This document shows, in pieces, positions 1 through 8,814 of a DNA stretch of 64,000 bases (positions within the stretch are counted from its first letter, which is position 1; each line of letters begins with the position of its first letter). Location: positions 64,001-128,000 of the IMG/VR virus record IMGVR_UViG_3300008108_000023; one strand, 5' to 3'. The DNA comes from a virus. Its lineage: Duplodnaviria > Heunggongvirae > Uroviricota > Caudoviricetes. The position numbers were made by a program, and so were the translations under genes. The notes beneath the pieces are model-generated. The model was not told the origin of the DNA. It made no database searches and was given only the letters and a program-made list of their open reading frames with translations.

Positions 1-296
1 TGACTCGTAATATCAATATATGAATAGGCGAAATAAATATTACCAATAAATTGAATGAGGGTTACAATACCAAATGGGAAATATACTTTTCTACCCATAT
101 CAGCTGATATTGCAGCCAACGCAGATAATGCGGCAATTTCGATACCTATTGATAAATAGATAGCCCAACTAATTGGGTTTGAAATTCCGTACCATTTAGT
201 TACGTGTGATATTGAAACCAACGCAACAGTTATAATTGGTATTAAAAACGCAGATACTATTAATGTTTTATAATTTTTATTAATCCAATTTTTCAT
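1..296 (-). CDS. Multi-pass membrane protein, runs off the left edge (partial; not in the ORF track)
   Basis: Manual translation from ATG at 296: MKNWINKNYKTLIVSAFLIPIITVALVSISHVTKWYGISNPISWAIYLSIGIEIAALSALAAISADMGRKVYFPFGIVTLIQFIGNIYFAYSYIDITS..., open to the window edge with about three hydrophobic segments. Its ATG overlaps the TGA of the upstream ORF (ATGA at 293-296). Confidence 0.8.
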   Translation of the reverse strand, partial: MKNWINKNYKTLIVSAFLIPIITVALVSISHVTKWYGISNPISWAIYLSIGIEIAALSALAAISADMGRKVYFPFGIVTLIQFIGNIYFAYSYIDITS

Positions 297-580
297 TTAA
301 CACTATTTTCCAACTTGCTTATTTCATTATCAATTTCAGTTTGACGGTTTACATCTAAAATTTTTCTATCAGTTGCTTGAATCATTCTTTTTTCTGATTT
401 CAATCCTTCAATTCTTAACCTAACATCCAATTCTTCTTTGGTGTAGGTAGAATCTTTAATTGACTCAATTTCCTTTCTCATTTTAGAGAGTTCTCTTCCG
501 TCGCCACAACTTTTAAAAAATCCTAAAAGTGCAACAACCAAAACGATTATTGTGAAATTTTTTTGAATAAAATTTTTCAT
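293..580 (-). CDS. Putative lipoprotein with coiled coil
   Basis: Basic N-terminus, hydrophobic stretch, then lipobox-like FFKS-C25, followed by a charged helical region. A-rich start context (AATAAAAAAC-ATG). Confidence 0.7.
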   Translation of the reverse strand: MKNFIQKNFTIIVLVVALLGFFKSCGDGRELSKMRKEIESIKDSTYTKEELDVRLRIEGLKSEKRMIQATDRKILDVNRQTEIDNEISKLENSVK

Positions 581-589
581 GTTTTTTAT

Positions 590-1402
590 TTATAAATAGT
601 TTAATAATCCATAACTGTCGTTACGAAGTTTCTTTAGTGCTTTATCACGTAGTTGTCTAATACGTTCTTTAGTGCATCCGAATTCATCACCCAAGTCTTC
701 TAAATTCATTTCAATACCGTTCAACCCATAAGACTTTTCAATAATGACCTTTTCTCTATCGTCAAGGATTGAAAGCATTTGAGAAACTCTTTTTTTAATT
801 TCTTCAGACGTATTTAAAATGTCTTCAGGGTTATCAGCGTTGACATTAATGATGGTATCGATTAATTGGTCTCCCTCTTCATTTATTTCATCATTCAAGT
901 TTACACAATGAGGTAGTACTATTTCTGCCCCATTATCTTCATAATTGATAAAGAAAGGGTCATCAACATTTAACTGTTCATTTTTCTTTCTTTTTTGATT
1001 TTCCTGAATAATGTTTGACGGCAGTCTTATCATCCTTGAATTCTCGTTTAGAGAAGCCATAATAGATTGTTTAATCCACCAAACAGCATATGAAATAAAT
1101 TTGTAACCACTGTTAGGGTCAAATCTTTCGGCGGCTCGTATGAGACCGATATTACCTTCGGATATTAAATCAATTAAATCCATACCATTGTTTTGATATG
1201 ATTTAGCGACGGTGATTACAAAACGTAGATTACCCACTACGAGTTCGTTTAACAAATCGACTCTTTCCTTCTTAGGTAGGTCTTTATTTTTTAAGAGTTC
1301 GAAGACTTCATCCTGTCTTTGGTGAGTAATTACCTTAATCTTTCGGATGTCTTTGATGTAGTTCTGAATTTCTTCAGTGTTGATTAGTAATGTTTTGGCC
1401 AT
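590..1402 (-). CDS. rpoD: RNA polymerase sigma-70 family factor (RpoD/SigA-like, no region 1.1), phage-encoded
   Basis: Region 1.2 (IQNYIKDIRK), region 2 (GNLRFVITVAKSYQNNGMDLIDLISEGNIGLIRAAERFD...YKFISYAVWWIKQSI...RMIRLP) and region 4.2 HTH (NLEDLGDEFGCTKERIRQLRDKALKKLR). Confidence 0.93.
   Translation of the reverse strand: MAKTLLINTEEIQNYIKDIRKIKVITHQRQDEVFELLKNKDLPKKERVDLLNELVVGNLRFVITVAKSYQNNGMDLIDLISEGNIGLIRAAERFDPNSGYKFISYAVWWIKQSIMASLNENSRMIRLPSNIIQENQKRKKNEQLNVDDPFFINYEDNGAEIVLPHCVNLNDEINEEGDQLIDTIINVNADNPEDILNTSEEIKKRVSQMLSILDDREKVIIEKSYGLNGIEMNLEDLGDEFGCTKERIRQLRDKALKKLRNDSYGLLNYL
592..598 (-). promoter_or_regulatory. Recurrent TATTTAT motif upstream of a start codon
   Basis: ACTATTTATA, 11 nt before the ATG at 580. 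One of 10 copies. Confidence 0.5.
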
Positions 1403-1446
1403 GAATGTTCGGTTTGTGGTTCATGGGTAAAAATATGTAAAAAAAA

Positions 1447-1908
1447 TCAATTTTGGAAGCCATCCAAGAATTTTTTTTCGTCAGGAGTCAAACTGTCTAT
1501 CCCCTCCTGTTCAATTTTCTCTAAAATATTATCAAGGTCCATTGTTTCGTTAGGGTTCTCGGTGTTTTCTTTTTTATTATATTCTAACCTTAATGAACTA
1601 TATTCTTCACTTGGCTTAAACATAAAGTCCTTCATCTGTATAGGTAAATTGGCACTATATATACTTTCTCTTTCGAAGAGGAAGTAAAATTTCACATCCT
1701 CCATAGAAATAATATTGTGAAGTTCTTCAGAGAGCTCTTTTCTATTTGATTCGGATTCAAATATAACTATTATACTTTTAGACGTATCTTCAATAACAAA
1801 CCTAACCTTGGCAATTTTTGGACTAACTCCAAGAACTTCCAAACAAAAAAATTCAATGTCTTCGTGGTCTTCGAAATTCGCGAATAAAAATAAAAGATAT
1901 GTCTTCAT
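1447..1908 (-). CDS. Hypothetical protein with a C-terminal DUF6576-like helix pair
   Basis: In the co-oriented gene run. C-terminal LDNILEKIEQEGIDSLTPDEKKFL resembles the ILDKI..sG..SLT.eEK.fL motif. Confidence 0.65.
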   Translation of the reverse strand: MKTYLLFLFANFEDHEDIEFFCLEVLGVSPKIAKVRFVIEDTSKSIIVIFESESNRKELSEELHNIISMEDVKFYFLFERESIYSANLPIQMKDFMFKPSEEYSSLRLEYNKKENTENPNETMDLDNILEKIEQEGIDSLTPDEKKFLDGFQN

Positions 1909-1917
1909 TCAAATAAA

Positions 1918-2346
1918 TTACTGTACGATTAAAAATACGGATAAAATTGCAATAAGTCCACCCCCAACGATGGTTTTGAACTTATTTTTCACCTTTTCTT
2001 TCTTCAACTGTAATTCTAAATTTTTTGTGTGATTTTCTAAAATTTGATATTTTTCGTCTTGAGATTTAATTATTGTTAAATAATTTTCCTCTTTCTTCTG
2101 CATGGTAACAATTACACTATCTTTCAGTGAAACCTTTTCCTCTAATTTTGTGATTTGTTCATTTGATAATTTCAATTCAGCAATCGCAGAATCACCTCTT
2201 AATAAGTCTTTAGCAATTGACTTAAATGTAGAAACCGGTAAACATTTTACTGGTTCGGGGGTTCGATTTTTATTATTTGTATCTGTCTGAGAAAAAGCTA
2301 TCAAGCTCTGGCTCAGTAAAATTAGAAACACGATTAATTTTTTCAT
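1918..2346 (-). CDS. Exported coiled-coil protein with C-terminal transmembrane helix (spanin-like architecture)
   Basis: Signal peptide MKKLIVFLILLSQSLIAFS|Q, long coiled coil, C-terminal IVGGGLIAILSVFLIV. Confidence 0.7.
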   Translation of the reverse strand: MKKLIVFLILLSQSLIAFSQTDTNNKNRTPEPVKCLPVSTFKSIAKDLLRGDSAIAELKLSNEQITKLEEKVSLKDSVIVTMQKKEENYLTIIKSQDEKYQILENHTKNLELQLKKEKVKNKFKTIVGGGLIAILSVFLIVQ

Positions 2347-2665
2347 GATATACTTCCTTTACTATTGTTTTTTGATTTTTAATTTTATCGATACTATTAT
2401 CAACTTCTCCAATTTCTTTATTGATGTTGTCGATTTTATCGTCTAACATTTCTTGTTCTTTATACATGTTATTAATTACAACATTCAAAGAATCAATCTT
2501 CGCCTTATCTTCAGGTGACATACCCACTCGAGGTGTTAAAATGAAAATCATCCAATACAGAACGAACAACCCGAACACAACCATTAAAACGGTTTTATAG
2601 TTCTTTGCAAGAAAACCTGCAATTTTATTTGTATTTTCTTTTGCGTTTAAAAGTCTTTCGTCCAT
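2273..2665 (-). CDS. Membrane-anchored coiled-coil protein (i-spanin-like architecture)
   Basis: TM segment VLMVVFGLFVLYWMIFIL followed by a heptad-rich coil. Overlaps the next gene by 74 nt. Confidence 0.7.
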   Translation of the reverse strand: MDERLLNAKENTNKIAGFLAKNYKTVLMVVFGLFVLYWMIFILTPRVGMSPEDKAKIDSLNVVINNMYKEQEMLDDKIDNINKEIGEVDNSIDKIKNQKTIVKEVYHEKINRVSNFTEPELDSFFSDRYK

Positions 2666-2670
2666 ATGAT

Positions 2671-2677
2671 ATAAATA
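2671..2677 (-). promoter_or_regulatory. Recurrent TATTTAT motif
   Basis: AATATTTATA, 5 nt before the ATG at 2665. Confidence 0.55.
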
Positions 2678-2687
2678 TTAATAATAA

Positions 2688-3362
2688 TTATTTTTTCTTT
2701 CTAATTATCTCATCGATAATGCCATAACTCAACGCATCTTCTGATGATAACCACAAATCTCTCGACGCATCCTCCATGACAACTTCGGATGGTTTGTTAC
2801 AATATTCACCCAATAGGTCAAATAGAATTTTATTTAATTTTTCCCATTCTTTCATATTAATCTTAGCATCCTGAATATTACCTTCAAAACCTCCTGAAGA
2901 CTGATGTAACATTGTTCTACTGAATCTTAGTGAACATCTCTTACCTTTTGTACCCGCACCAAGTAAAACCGAACCCATAGATGCTGCCATTCCAGTGTTG
3001 ATTGTACGAATATCCGAGTTGATATAATCCATTACATCCACCATTGATAATCCACTTTTTACAGAACCACCAGGACTATCAATGTGCATTGTGATATCAG
3101 TATTATCGATACTGTCTAAAAACATAAGTTGAGCTTGAACCACTGTCGACATGTTATCGTTTACAACACCCGCAACCCATATGATTCTTTCCATCATCAA
3201 TCGTGAGAATACATCCATCACGGTTACGTTCATTTGTCTCTCTTCCAATATGTATGGAGTTAAACTGTCTTCAACTTGTTTGTTGTAGTGATGTAAATTT
3301 AAACCGCTAATCCCTTTGTCCTTAGCGAATAGTCCGAAGTCTTTATATAGTTTACTGTTCAT
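2688..3362 (-). CDS. clpP: ATP-dependent Clp protease proteolytic subunit
   Basis: DVFSRLMMERII, IDSPGGSV, catalytic Ser motif GMAASMGSVLL, His motif MLHQ, AxxYGIIDEI. Confidence 0.95.
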   Translation of the reverse strand: MNSKLYKDFGLFAKDKGISGLNLHHYNKQVEDSLTPYILEERQMNVTVMDVFSRLMMERIIWVAGVVNDNMSTVVQAQLMFLDSIDNTDITMHIDSPGGSVKSGLSMVDVMDYINSDIRTINTGMAASMGSVLLGAGTKGKRCSLRFSRTMLHQSSGGFEGNIQDAKINMKEWEKLNKILFDLLGEYCNKPSEVVMEDASRDLWLSSEDALSYGIIDEIIRKKK

Positions 3363-3401
3363 GTGAATTATTTTTTTTAAATCTAAGAAAAAAAAGTGAT
3401 A

Positions 3402-5768
3402 TTAAGAAATTTTTGGTGTGATAAAATCAATTGAACTAATGTTGTTATCTTTTTTGACCATAACCAAATTGTCCGACCAGTTTCTAATTAATGGGTTATG
3501 GGAAATAACAAATATGTGTTCAAAATAATCTTTAATTTTTTTGAAGAACTCTCCCACCATTTCCAAATTCTCATCCGCAATTTTACCAAATACTTCATCC
3601 ATTACAACAATATTTGGTTTGGGTAATGACGATATCTTGGTTAATACGCTTCGAAGGGCAAGTGATGAAATAGTTCTTTCATAACCCGAACCACTAACGA
3701 GTGGTTTTACTACTCTAGTTTCAGTATCAATCATTATAAATTCAACCTCGTTTCTCTCGTTGATGTTCAATTCTAAAATAAAGTGACAACTATCAACTAA
3801 AAGTCTGTACAACTCTTGGTTAATTAGTGGGACCATATTTTTTAAAATAACCTTTGAGATTCCATTCTTACCGAAAACGGTTAGGTAAACCTTGAAGATA
3901 GATTGAGTTTCATTTTCAACTTTTATCTTTCTAATTAAATCCTTATTAGTTTCAATTTTTTCAGTTAAAGTTTGATTCTGATTTTTTAATCTTTCAATAG
4001 TAGTGCCATAACTTCTTAGATTTGCATTGAGGGTTTCAATTTGAGACTTTAAACCCACAATTTCAGCATCTATTCTTTGATTCTCTTCTAACTTTTGTTT
4101 GTTGCGGTCATAGTTATCAAGTTTTGTTTGTAACTTTTCAATTTCTATTTTTTTCTGCTCGACCTCCAACTCATACCTTGTCTTTTTAATTTTGTTTTTT
4201 TCGTACCCATCGTACTCTTTTTTCAAATCAATAAAGACCTTTTCCTTTTCAGTTAATTCATCATACTTCTTACGATTATCTGTTTGAATTTTCCTAATTG
4301 ATTCGACCAATTCTTTTAATTTATTTATTTCATCAGTGTGGTCAACCTCAGCTAATGCTCTTTTACAGGTCGGACATATTTGTCCTTCCTCTAATTGTTT
4401 TATTAGTTCTTCGTTTCGTTTAATGGAGTCAGCATTTACTCTACCTTCCACAACTATTCCATTCATTTCATCTTTTAGTAACAAATGATTTTCCTCAAGA
4501 TAAAACTGTGAAGGTTCTTTTACATTAACAGAATCGGCGTTAGTAATTGAAACTTGTTTTTGTTTTTCCAAATTACTAATATCAACCTTTATTTGACTTG
4601 TATTGGTACGAATTAAATCTTGGTCAATATCTGTGTTTCTTTTTGACAACAAATCATCTCTTTTATTTTCCGCATTTTTTAAGGTTGACTGAGTTTTTGT
4701 TGTTTCAATTTCTAATCTAGATATTTCTGATTTGTTTTCATCGATACCTTCTTGAAAAGAAGTAATCTCTGTTTCCAAATCATTCATATTATGATTATTG
4801 GAAATCAATTTTTTACTCCATTCACTTTGAATTGTTTTACAGATTTCTTCTTTTTCTTTAAGAATTTCTAAACCTAAAAACTTTGTAAGTATTAAACCTC
4901 TTGCAGTAGGTTTTGATTCAATGAGTTCTTCTAAATTATTTCCAGTTGTTAATATTGTTGATAGAAAATCTTCCTCTGTGCCGATTGCCTTTGTTATAAA
5001 ATCTTCAGTTTCTCTACGTTGTTCACCTGTTAAATTTTCAATCGTACCATCTTGATTTTTTTTATAAAAATCCAATTTATTTGTGACGGTATAATCACCA
5101 CTTTTTGTTTTCTTACGTGAGCTTATTCTCTCAATAATGTAGTCCTCATTGTCTATGGTTATGTATCCCTTAACTTTTACTTCGTCATTGTTACTGAACC
5201 TATTGAAAATTTCTGAATTGGTTTTAGTTTTTGTGGTTTTATTAAAAAATAAAAACATCATTAAATCAACTGTTGCAGTTGACTTACCACCAAAATTTTT
5301 GGGTGTAGATTCTACAACTGTGATGCCGGGTAATATGGTAAAATCAATCTCATTGTTTCCCCCATAGGACAGGAAATTTGAAAATTCAACCTTTTTGATA
5401 TACCATTTAGTGTATTTGATTCTATCACCGTTTTTACGGATGAATTCTTCATTTACTTTATTGTCAAGATTATTAAGTCTTTCTAATGATATATTGATTT
5501 CATTCTCCTCAACGAAATCTTTCATCAAAGTTTTTTGGTACTGAAAATCAGAAATATTTTCTGTTATGTCTAATGACGCTAATTTTGTTTGGTCATCATT
5601 GGATATAACTTTAGTTATAATTTGAACGTACTTTGTGTTGTATTTCTTTTGAAAATATGATTTAACTCTATTGAGTTTTTCAGAGGTGAAGTTCTCATGT
5701 GTATCCTGCCATGTAACTTTAATGTAGGGATTTTTAAGATTGGTTACTTCTTTCTTTGTAGTGTCCAT
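3402..5768 (-). CDS. sbcC: SbcC/Rad50 (T4 gp46-like) recombination ATPase with a ~115-aa N-terminal extension
   Basis: IKKVEFSNFLSYG, Walker A NFGGKST, long coiled coil with zinc hook CPTC, signature SGSGYE, Walker B IVVMDEVFG, H-loop ISHN. Confidence 0.93.
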   Translation of the reverse strand: MDTTKKEVTNLKNPYIKVTWQDTHENFTSEKLNRVKSYFQKKYNTKYVQIITKVISNDDQTKLASLDITENISDFQYQKTLMKDFVEENEINISLERLNNLDNKVNEEFIRKNGDRIKYTKWYIKKVEFSNFLSYGGNNEIDFTILPGITVVESTPKNFGGKSTATVDLMMFLFFNKTTKTKTNSEIFNRFSNNDEVKVKGYITIDNEDYIIERISSRKKTKSGDYTVTNKLDFYKKNQDGTIENLTGEQRRETEDFITKAIGTEEDFLSTILTTGNNLEELIESKPTARGLILTKFLGLEILKEKEEICKTIQSEWSKKLISNNHNMNDLETEITSFQEGIDENKSEISRLEIETTKTQSTLKNAENKRDDLLSKRNTDIDQDLIRTNTSQIKVDISNLEKQKQVSITNADSVNVKEPSQFYLEENHLLLKDEMNGIVVEGRVNADSIKRNEELIKQLEEGQICPTCKRALAEVDHTDEINKLKELVESIRKIQTDNRKKYDELTEKEKVFIDLKKEYDGYEKNKIKKTRYELEVEQKKIEIEKLQTKLDNYDRNKQKLEENQRIDAEIVGLKSQIETLNANLRSYGTTIERLKNQNQTLTEKIETNKDLIRKIKVENETQSIFKVYLTVFGKNGISKVILKNMVPLINQELYRLLVDSCHFILELNINERNEVEFIMIDTETRVVKPLVSGSGYERTISSLALRSVLTKISSLPKPNIVVMDEVFGKIADENLEMVGEFFKKIKDYFEHIFVISHNPLIRNWSDNLVMVKKDNNISSIDFITPKIS

Positions 5769-6250
5769 TTGTTCTTCTTTAAGTTATAGGTTTGAACGTG
5801 TTCTTTTTTAAATGACATCCATTTTTCTATCTCTTCACTATTGTTTGGTTTGAATTCTGTGAAAAGTATTTTGTCTTTATTCTTAATTGTGGTTGGTTTT
5901 ATTAATATAACTTGAGTAAAATCTCTGTTTGTTCTAATAAACCAATGCTTATTTTTGTTTGGGGTTATAGTATCACCTACTTTATCGTACCAATACTTTA
6001 CCTTCCGTATTGGAATATTAACAGTCCTAAAATCATAACCACTAATCAAGGAATATTCATTCTCCCAAAAATCACCAATCCAACCCCCTCTTTCCAACTC
6101 CACACCAAATGAATTATCGTCAACACAAATTAAATCAATTGCTTTTGAATTAGGATGTGACTCGAACAAAATGTTAAAAACTTCTTTAATGAAAATTTTA
6201 GCAAAATTTCTTACTTCAGTGTCATCAAAACTTCTTTTTATGTAACCCAT
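5744..6250 (-). CDS. Hypothetical protein, possible PD-(D/E)XK-fold nuclease
   Basis: IDL...FGVELE acidic motif spacing. Its 3' end overlaps the sbcC start by 25 nt. Confidence 0.55.
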   Translation of the reverse strand: MGYIKRSFDDTEVRNFAKIFIKEVFNILFESHPNSKAIDLICVDDNSFGVELERGGWIGDFWENEYSLISGYDFRTVNIPIRKVKYWYDKVGDTITPNKNKHWFIRTNRDFTQVILIKPTTIKNKDKILFTEFKPNNSEEIEKWMSFKKEHVQTYNLKKNKWTLQRKK

Positions 6251-6278
6251 TTAAAATTTTTGAACATCCCGTCAGGGT

Positions 6279-6623
6279 TTATTTATTGAATCTACTTTCT
6301 TCAAAGAATTCAACTATTCCATTTATAGCCCATACACTTCCCGCGGTAAACATACCGTCAAAGAAAATAGATGGTAACCAATGAATACCAAAATGAGTTG
6401 TCATTCCCCCGAGACAGATTGAAAAGAAGAATCCAACCCATGTTGATGTACATAACATACAACTAATCAATCCTGAAATAAAATTTCCAACTCCTTGTAA
6501 AGGAGCGTATTCATTTTTGGCCCAATTATGTATGGAATCTCTTACAGAGTCAAAAATAGAACCGTAAACGATTATAGTGCTCATTCCATATGCTGCCATA
6601 ATCCAAATAAAAATGTTTGTCAT
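6279..6623 (-). CDS. Small membrane protein (DUF1360-like)
   Basis: Several hydrophobic helices and the LISCMLCTSTWVG motif (CxxCxxxW). Confidence 0.7.
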   Translation of the reverse strand: MTNIFIWIMAAYGMSTIIVYGSIFDSVRDSIHNWAKNEYAPLQGVGNFISGLISCMLCTSTWVGFFFSICLGGMTTHFGIHWLPSIFFDGMFTAGSVWAINGIVEFFEESRFNK

Positions 6624-6671
6624 GTTTGAATGTATTTTATAAAATATATGAAAAAAAAATCAATAAAAAAA

Positions 6672-7193
6672 TTATTCACCATATAAAGATGAGAGGTTAC
6701 TGTCCTTCATAAATTTACCCTTTCTGCCGAGACCCTCTAATGATTTTGTTAGACTTTCCAATTCAGACTTTAATTTCTCATTTTCAACTTTTAAAGTGTT
6801 TAATTCTTCGTCATTTTTTACCTCAATAATCTTTTCAATTGGGACTTCTTTTATAACCTCTCTTACTACAATCTGAGTATCCCCTTTTATCTCCACCGGT
6901 ACCTCTTTAATAACTTCAACAGGTACCTCTTTAATAACTTCTCGAATAATTTCAATTGGTTTTTCAATTATCCTATCTACGGGAATCTCTTTAATAATTT
7001 CTTTGATTACTTCCTTCTCTACTATCTTTTCACCAGATGAAAATCCAAATGGTACTTCACCGTACTTTACAATATTGAAACCTTTTTTAAAAACTTGTTC
7101 CGCAAATTCTTGAGGATTCTCAATTTTGTTTAATTCACAATACTTTATGAATTCATTATCTAATATTAAGTAGTTTTTCTGATTCATTGTCAA
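6672..7193 (-). CDS. Hypothetical protein with EVIKEVPVE repeats and a C-terminal coiled coil
   Basis: About 6 imperfect (E/K)VIKE(V/I)PV(E/D) units in the middle of the ORF. Confidence 0.75.
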   Translation of the reverse strand: MTMNQKNYLILDNEFIKYCELNKIENPQEFAEQVFKKGFNIVKYGEVPFGFSSGEKIVEKEVIKEIIKEIPVDRIIEKPIEIIREVIKEVPVEVIKEVPVEIKGDTQIVVREVIKEVPIEKIIEVKNDEELNTLKVENEKLKSELESLTKSLEGLGRKGKFMKDSNLSSLYGE

Positions 7194-7962
7194 TATCTAA
7201 TATGTCAGATATGGAGAAATGTAGAAAAGGTTGTTCATTCTCTATATCATAAGTATGGTATTCATCGTTTACCACGTCATAAACACCGTATCCGTGATAA
7301 TTAACTGTCTCACCAAAATTTTGTTGAATCAGAGAACCAATCATGATAGCTTTACCTCCGTTGGGTAAGTCAAACATTTGTCTTTTATGGATATCACCAC
7401 AAAGTAATAAATCCAAACCAACAAAGTTTAATGGTGAGTAGGCATTTTCAAACTCGAACCCTAAATCAGTGGACAAACCTTGTATTGGTCCATGAAATAA
7501 ACCAACATAAAATTTATTATCCTCTTTTTCAAAATCGGGTTTTTGATTGTGTTGATATAAAGAGTAAACCACCCAATTAATGTTCTCATCCTCATATACC
7601 CCACTGTTTTTGAAATATTTGACATTTTCATTATTCAACATTTCAACAATTGGGGTAATACTATCCAATCTACTCACATTATTTTCTAAAAAATCATGGT
7701 TTCCTGGTATTATTATAACAGGTCCGATGTTTTCGTGTAACTGTGTTAGGAACCAAGATGTGAGCATCATTTGTTCGTTTGAGATATTAATTTTTTGATG
7801 AGCAATGTCACCAGTAATGACCACTCTTATCTCATCGTAATTACAATCTTCCACTCTTCTCATCGCATCGTCAATTACCATCTTGAATTGTTTCTTATAC
7901 ATGTCATGTAATTGAAAGGTCCTGATGTGTAAATCAGATATGTGTATAATTTTTCTTATCAT
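7156..7962 (-). CDS. sbcD: SbcD/Mre11 (T4 gp47-like) metallophosphoesterase nuclease, short form
   Basis: All five phosphoesterase motifs: HISDLH, TGDIAH, PGNHD, LFHG, CGDIH. Only 268 aa. Confidence 0.9.
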   Translation of the reverse strand: MIRKIIHISDLHIRTFQLHDMYKKQFKMVIDDAMRRVEDCNYDEIRVVITGDIAHQKINISNEQMMLTSWFLTQLHENIGPVIIIPGNHDFLENNVSRLDSITPIVEMLNNENVKYFKNSGVYEDENINWVVYSLYQHNQKPDFEKEDNKFYVGLFHGPIQGLSTDLGFEFENAYSPLNFVGLDLLLCGDIHKRQMFDLPNGGKAIMIGSLIQQNFGETVNYHGYGVYDVVNDEYHTYDIENEQPFLHFSISDILDIDNESEKLLNIR

Positions 7963-8813
7963 TTTAAGTATTTTTTTATATCCATTTGTAAAATCGAATT
8001 GGTCATGTCCGATGGGACTTTGTATTCCGTAAACGTCCCATTATCTTTAAGATGTGTAATGACACAACCTAATAATTTGATATCTGAAAACTTACTACCT
8101 TCCAACATTTTTAATAATAGTTTACCATACAATGGTAGTTGAACATAATAGTGACTTAGAGCGGTATCATAATAGTTTTCAAAAGGGTGTAACATTTTTG
8201 AAGTATAGGGTTGTATTTGAAAATTCTTTTCTTGGTTTGTTTTCCAATCCGTAACAACAATTCCAAATCCGTCTTTTTGTTTGTTCATCATCAGCCAGCA
8301 TTTATCAGGTTGACCAACATATCCTAGTTCAGGGTCACCCAACACCATTTCAGTATCTAAGAGTACCGCACCTCTTTCTTCCATCAAGGTTAAAAAATCT
8401 TTACCCGCTGATATCATACTGTCACTCTTCATGATTTGTTGATTGTCACATTCAAAAATTGGTTGTCTCACATCTTTATAATTACCATATCTACCAACTA
8501 AATCAGTTTCTAACATGTAATGAACCCTACTACCTAAATTTGTAGAGTAATCACCCGCTTTCTTCCATTTTTCTAACAATAAACGAGTTTCTTCCTCGTC
8601 ACCATCTGTCATTTGGTAAGCTTTAGATTCTGCATCAAATGGGATGTAAAATTTTTTAATGACTTTTGATACGGATGGAAAATTATTTCTATGTTTTCCA
8701 TCTAAATCTCTCATAAAATAAATGTGTTCATCTTCATAAAAAGTAAGTTCTAACTCCTTTTTTCTAATTTCAACACACTCTCTGATTTCCTGTGCTATTT
8801 CTGTTAAATTCAT
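7959..8813 (-). CDS. PD-(D/E)XK exonuclease (RecB/Cas4/YqaJ-like superfamily)
   Basis: FPSVSKVI, LGSRVH, DTEMVL, GQPD, VTDWKT, YYVQLPLY motifs. ATGA overlap with sbcD. Confidence 0.85.
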   Translation of the reverse strand: MNLTEIAQEIRECVEIRKKELELTFYEDEHIYFMRDLDGKHRNNFPSVSKVIKKFYIPFDAESKAYQMTDGDEEETRLLLEKWKKAGDYSTNLGSRVHYMLETDLVGRYGNYKDVRQPIFECDNQQIMKSDSMISAGKDFLTLMEERGAVLLDTEMVLGDPELGYVGQPDKCWLMMNKQKDGFGIVVTDWKTNQEKNFQIQPYTSKMLHPFENYYDTALSHYYVQLPLYGKLLLKMLEGSKFSDIKLLGCVITHLKDNGTFTEYKVPSDMTNSILQMDIKKYLK

Positions 8814-8814
8814 T

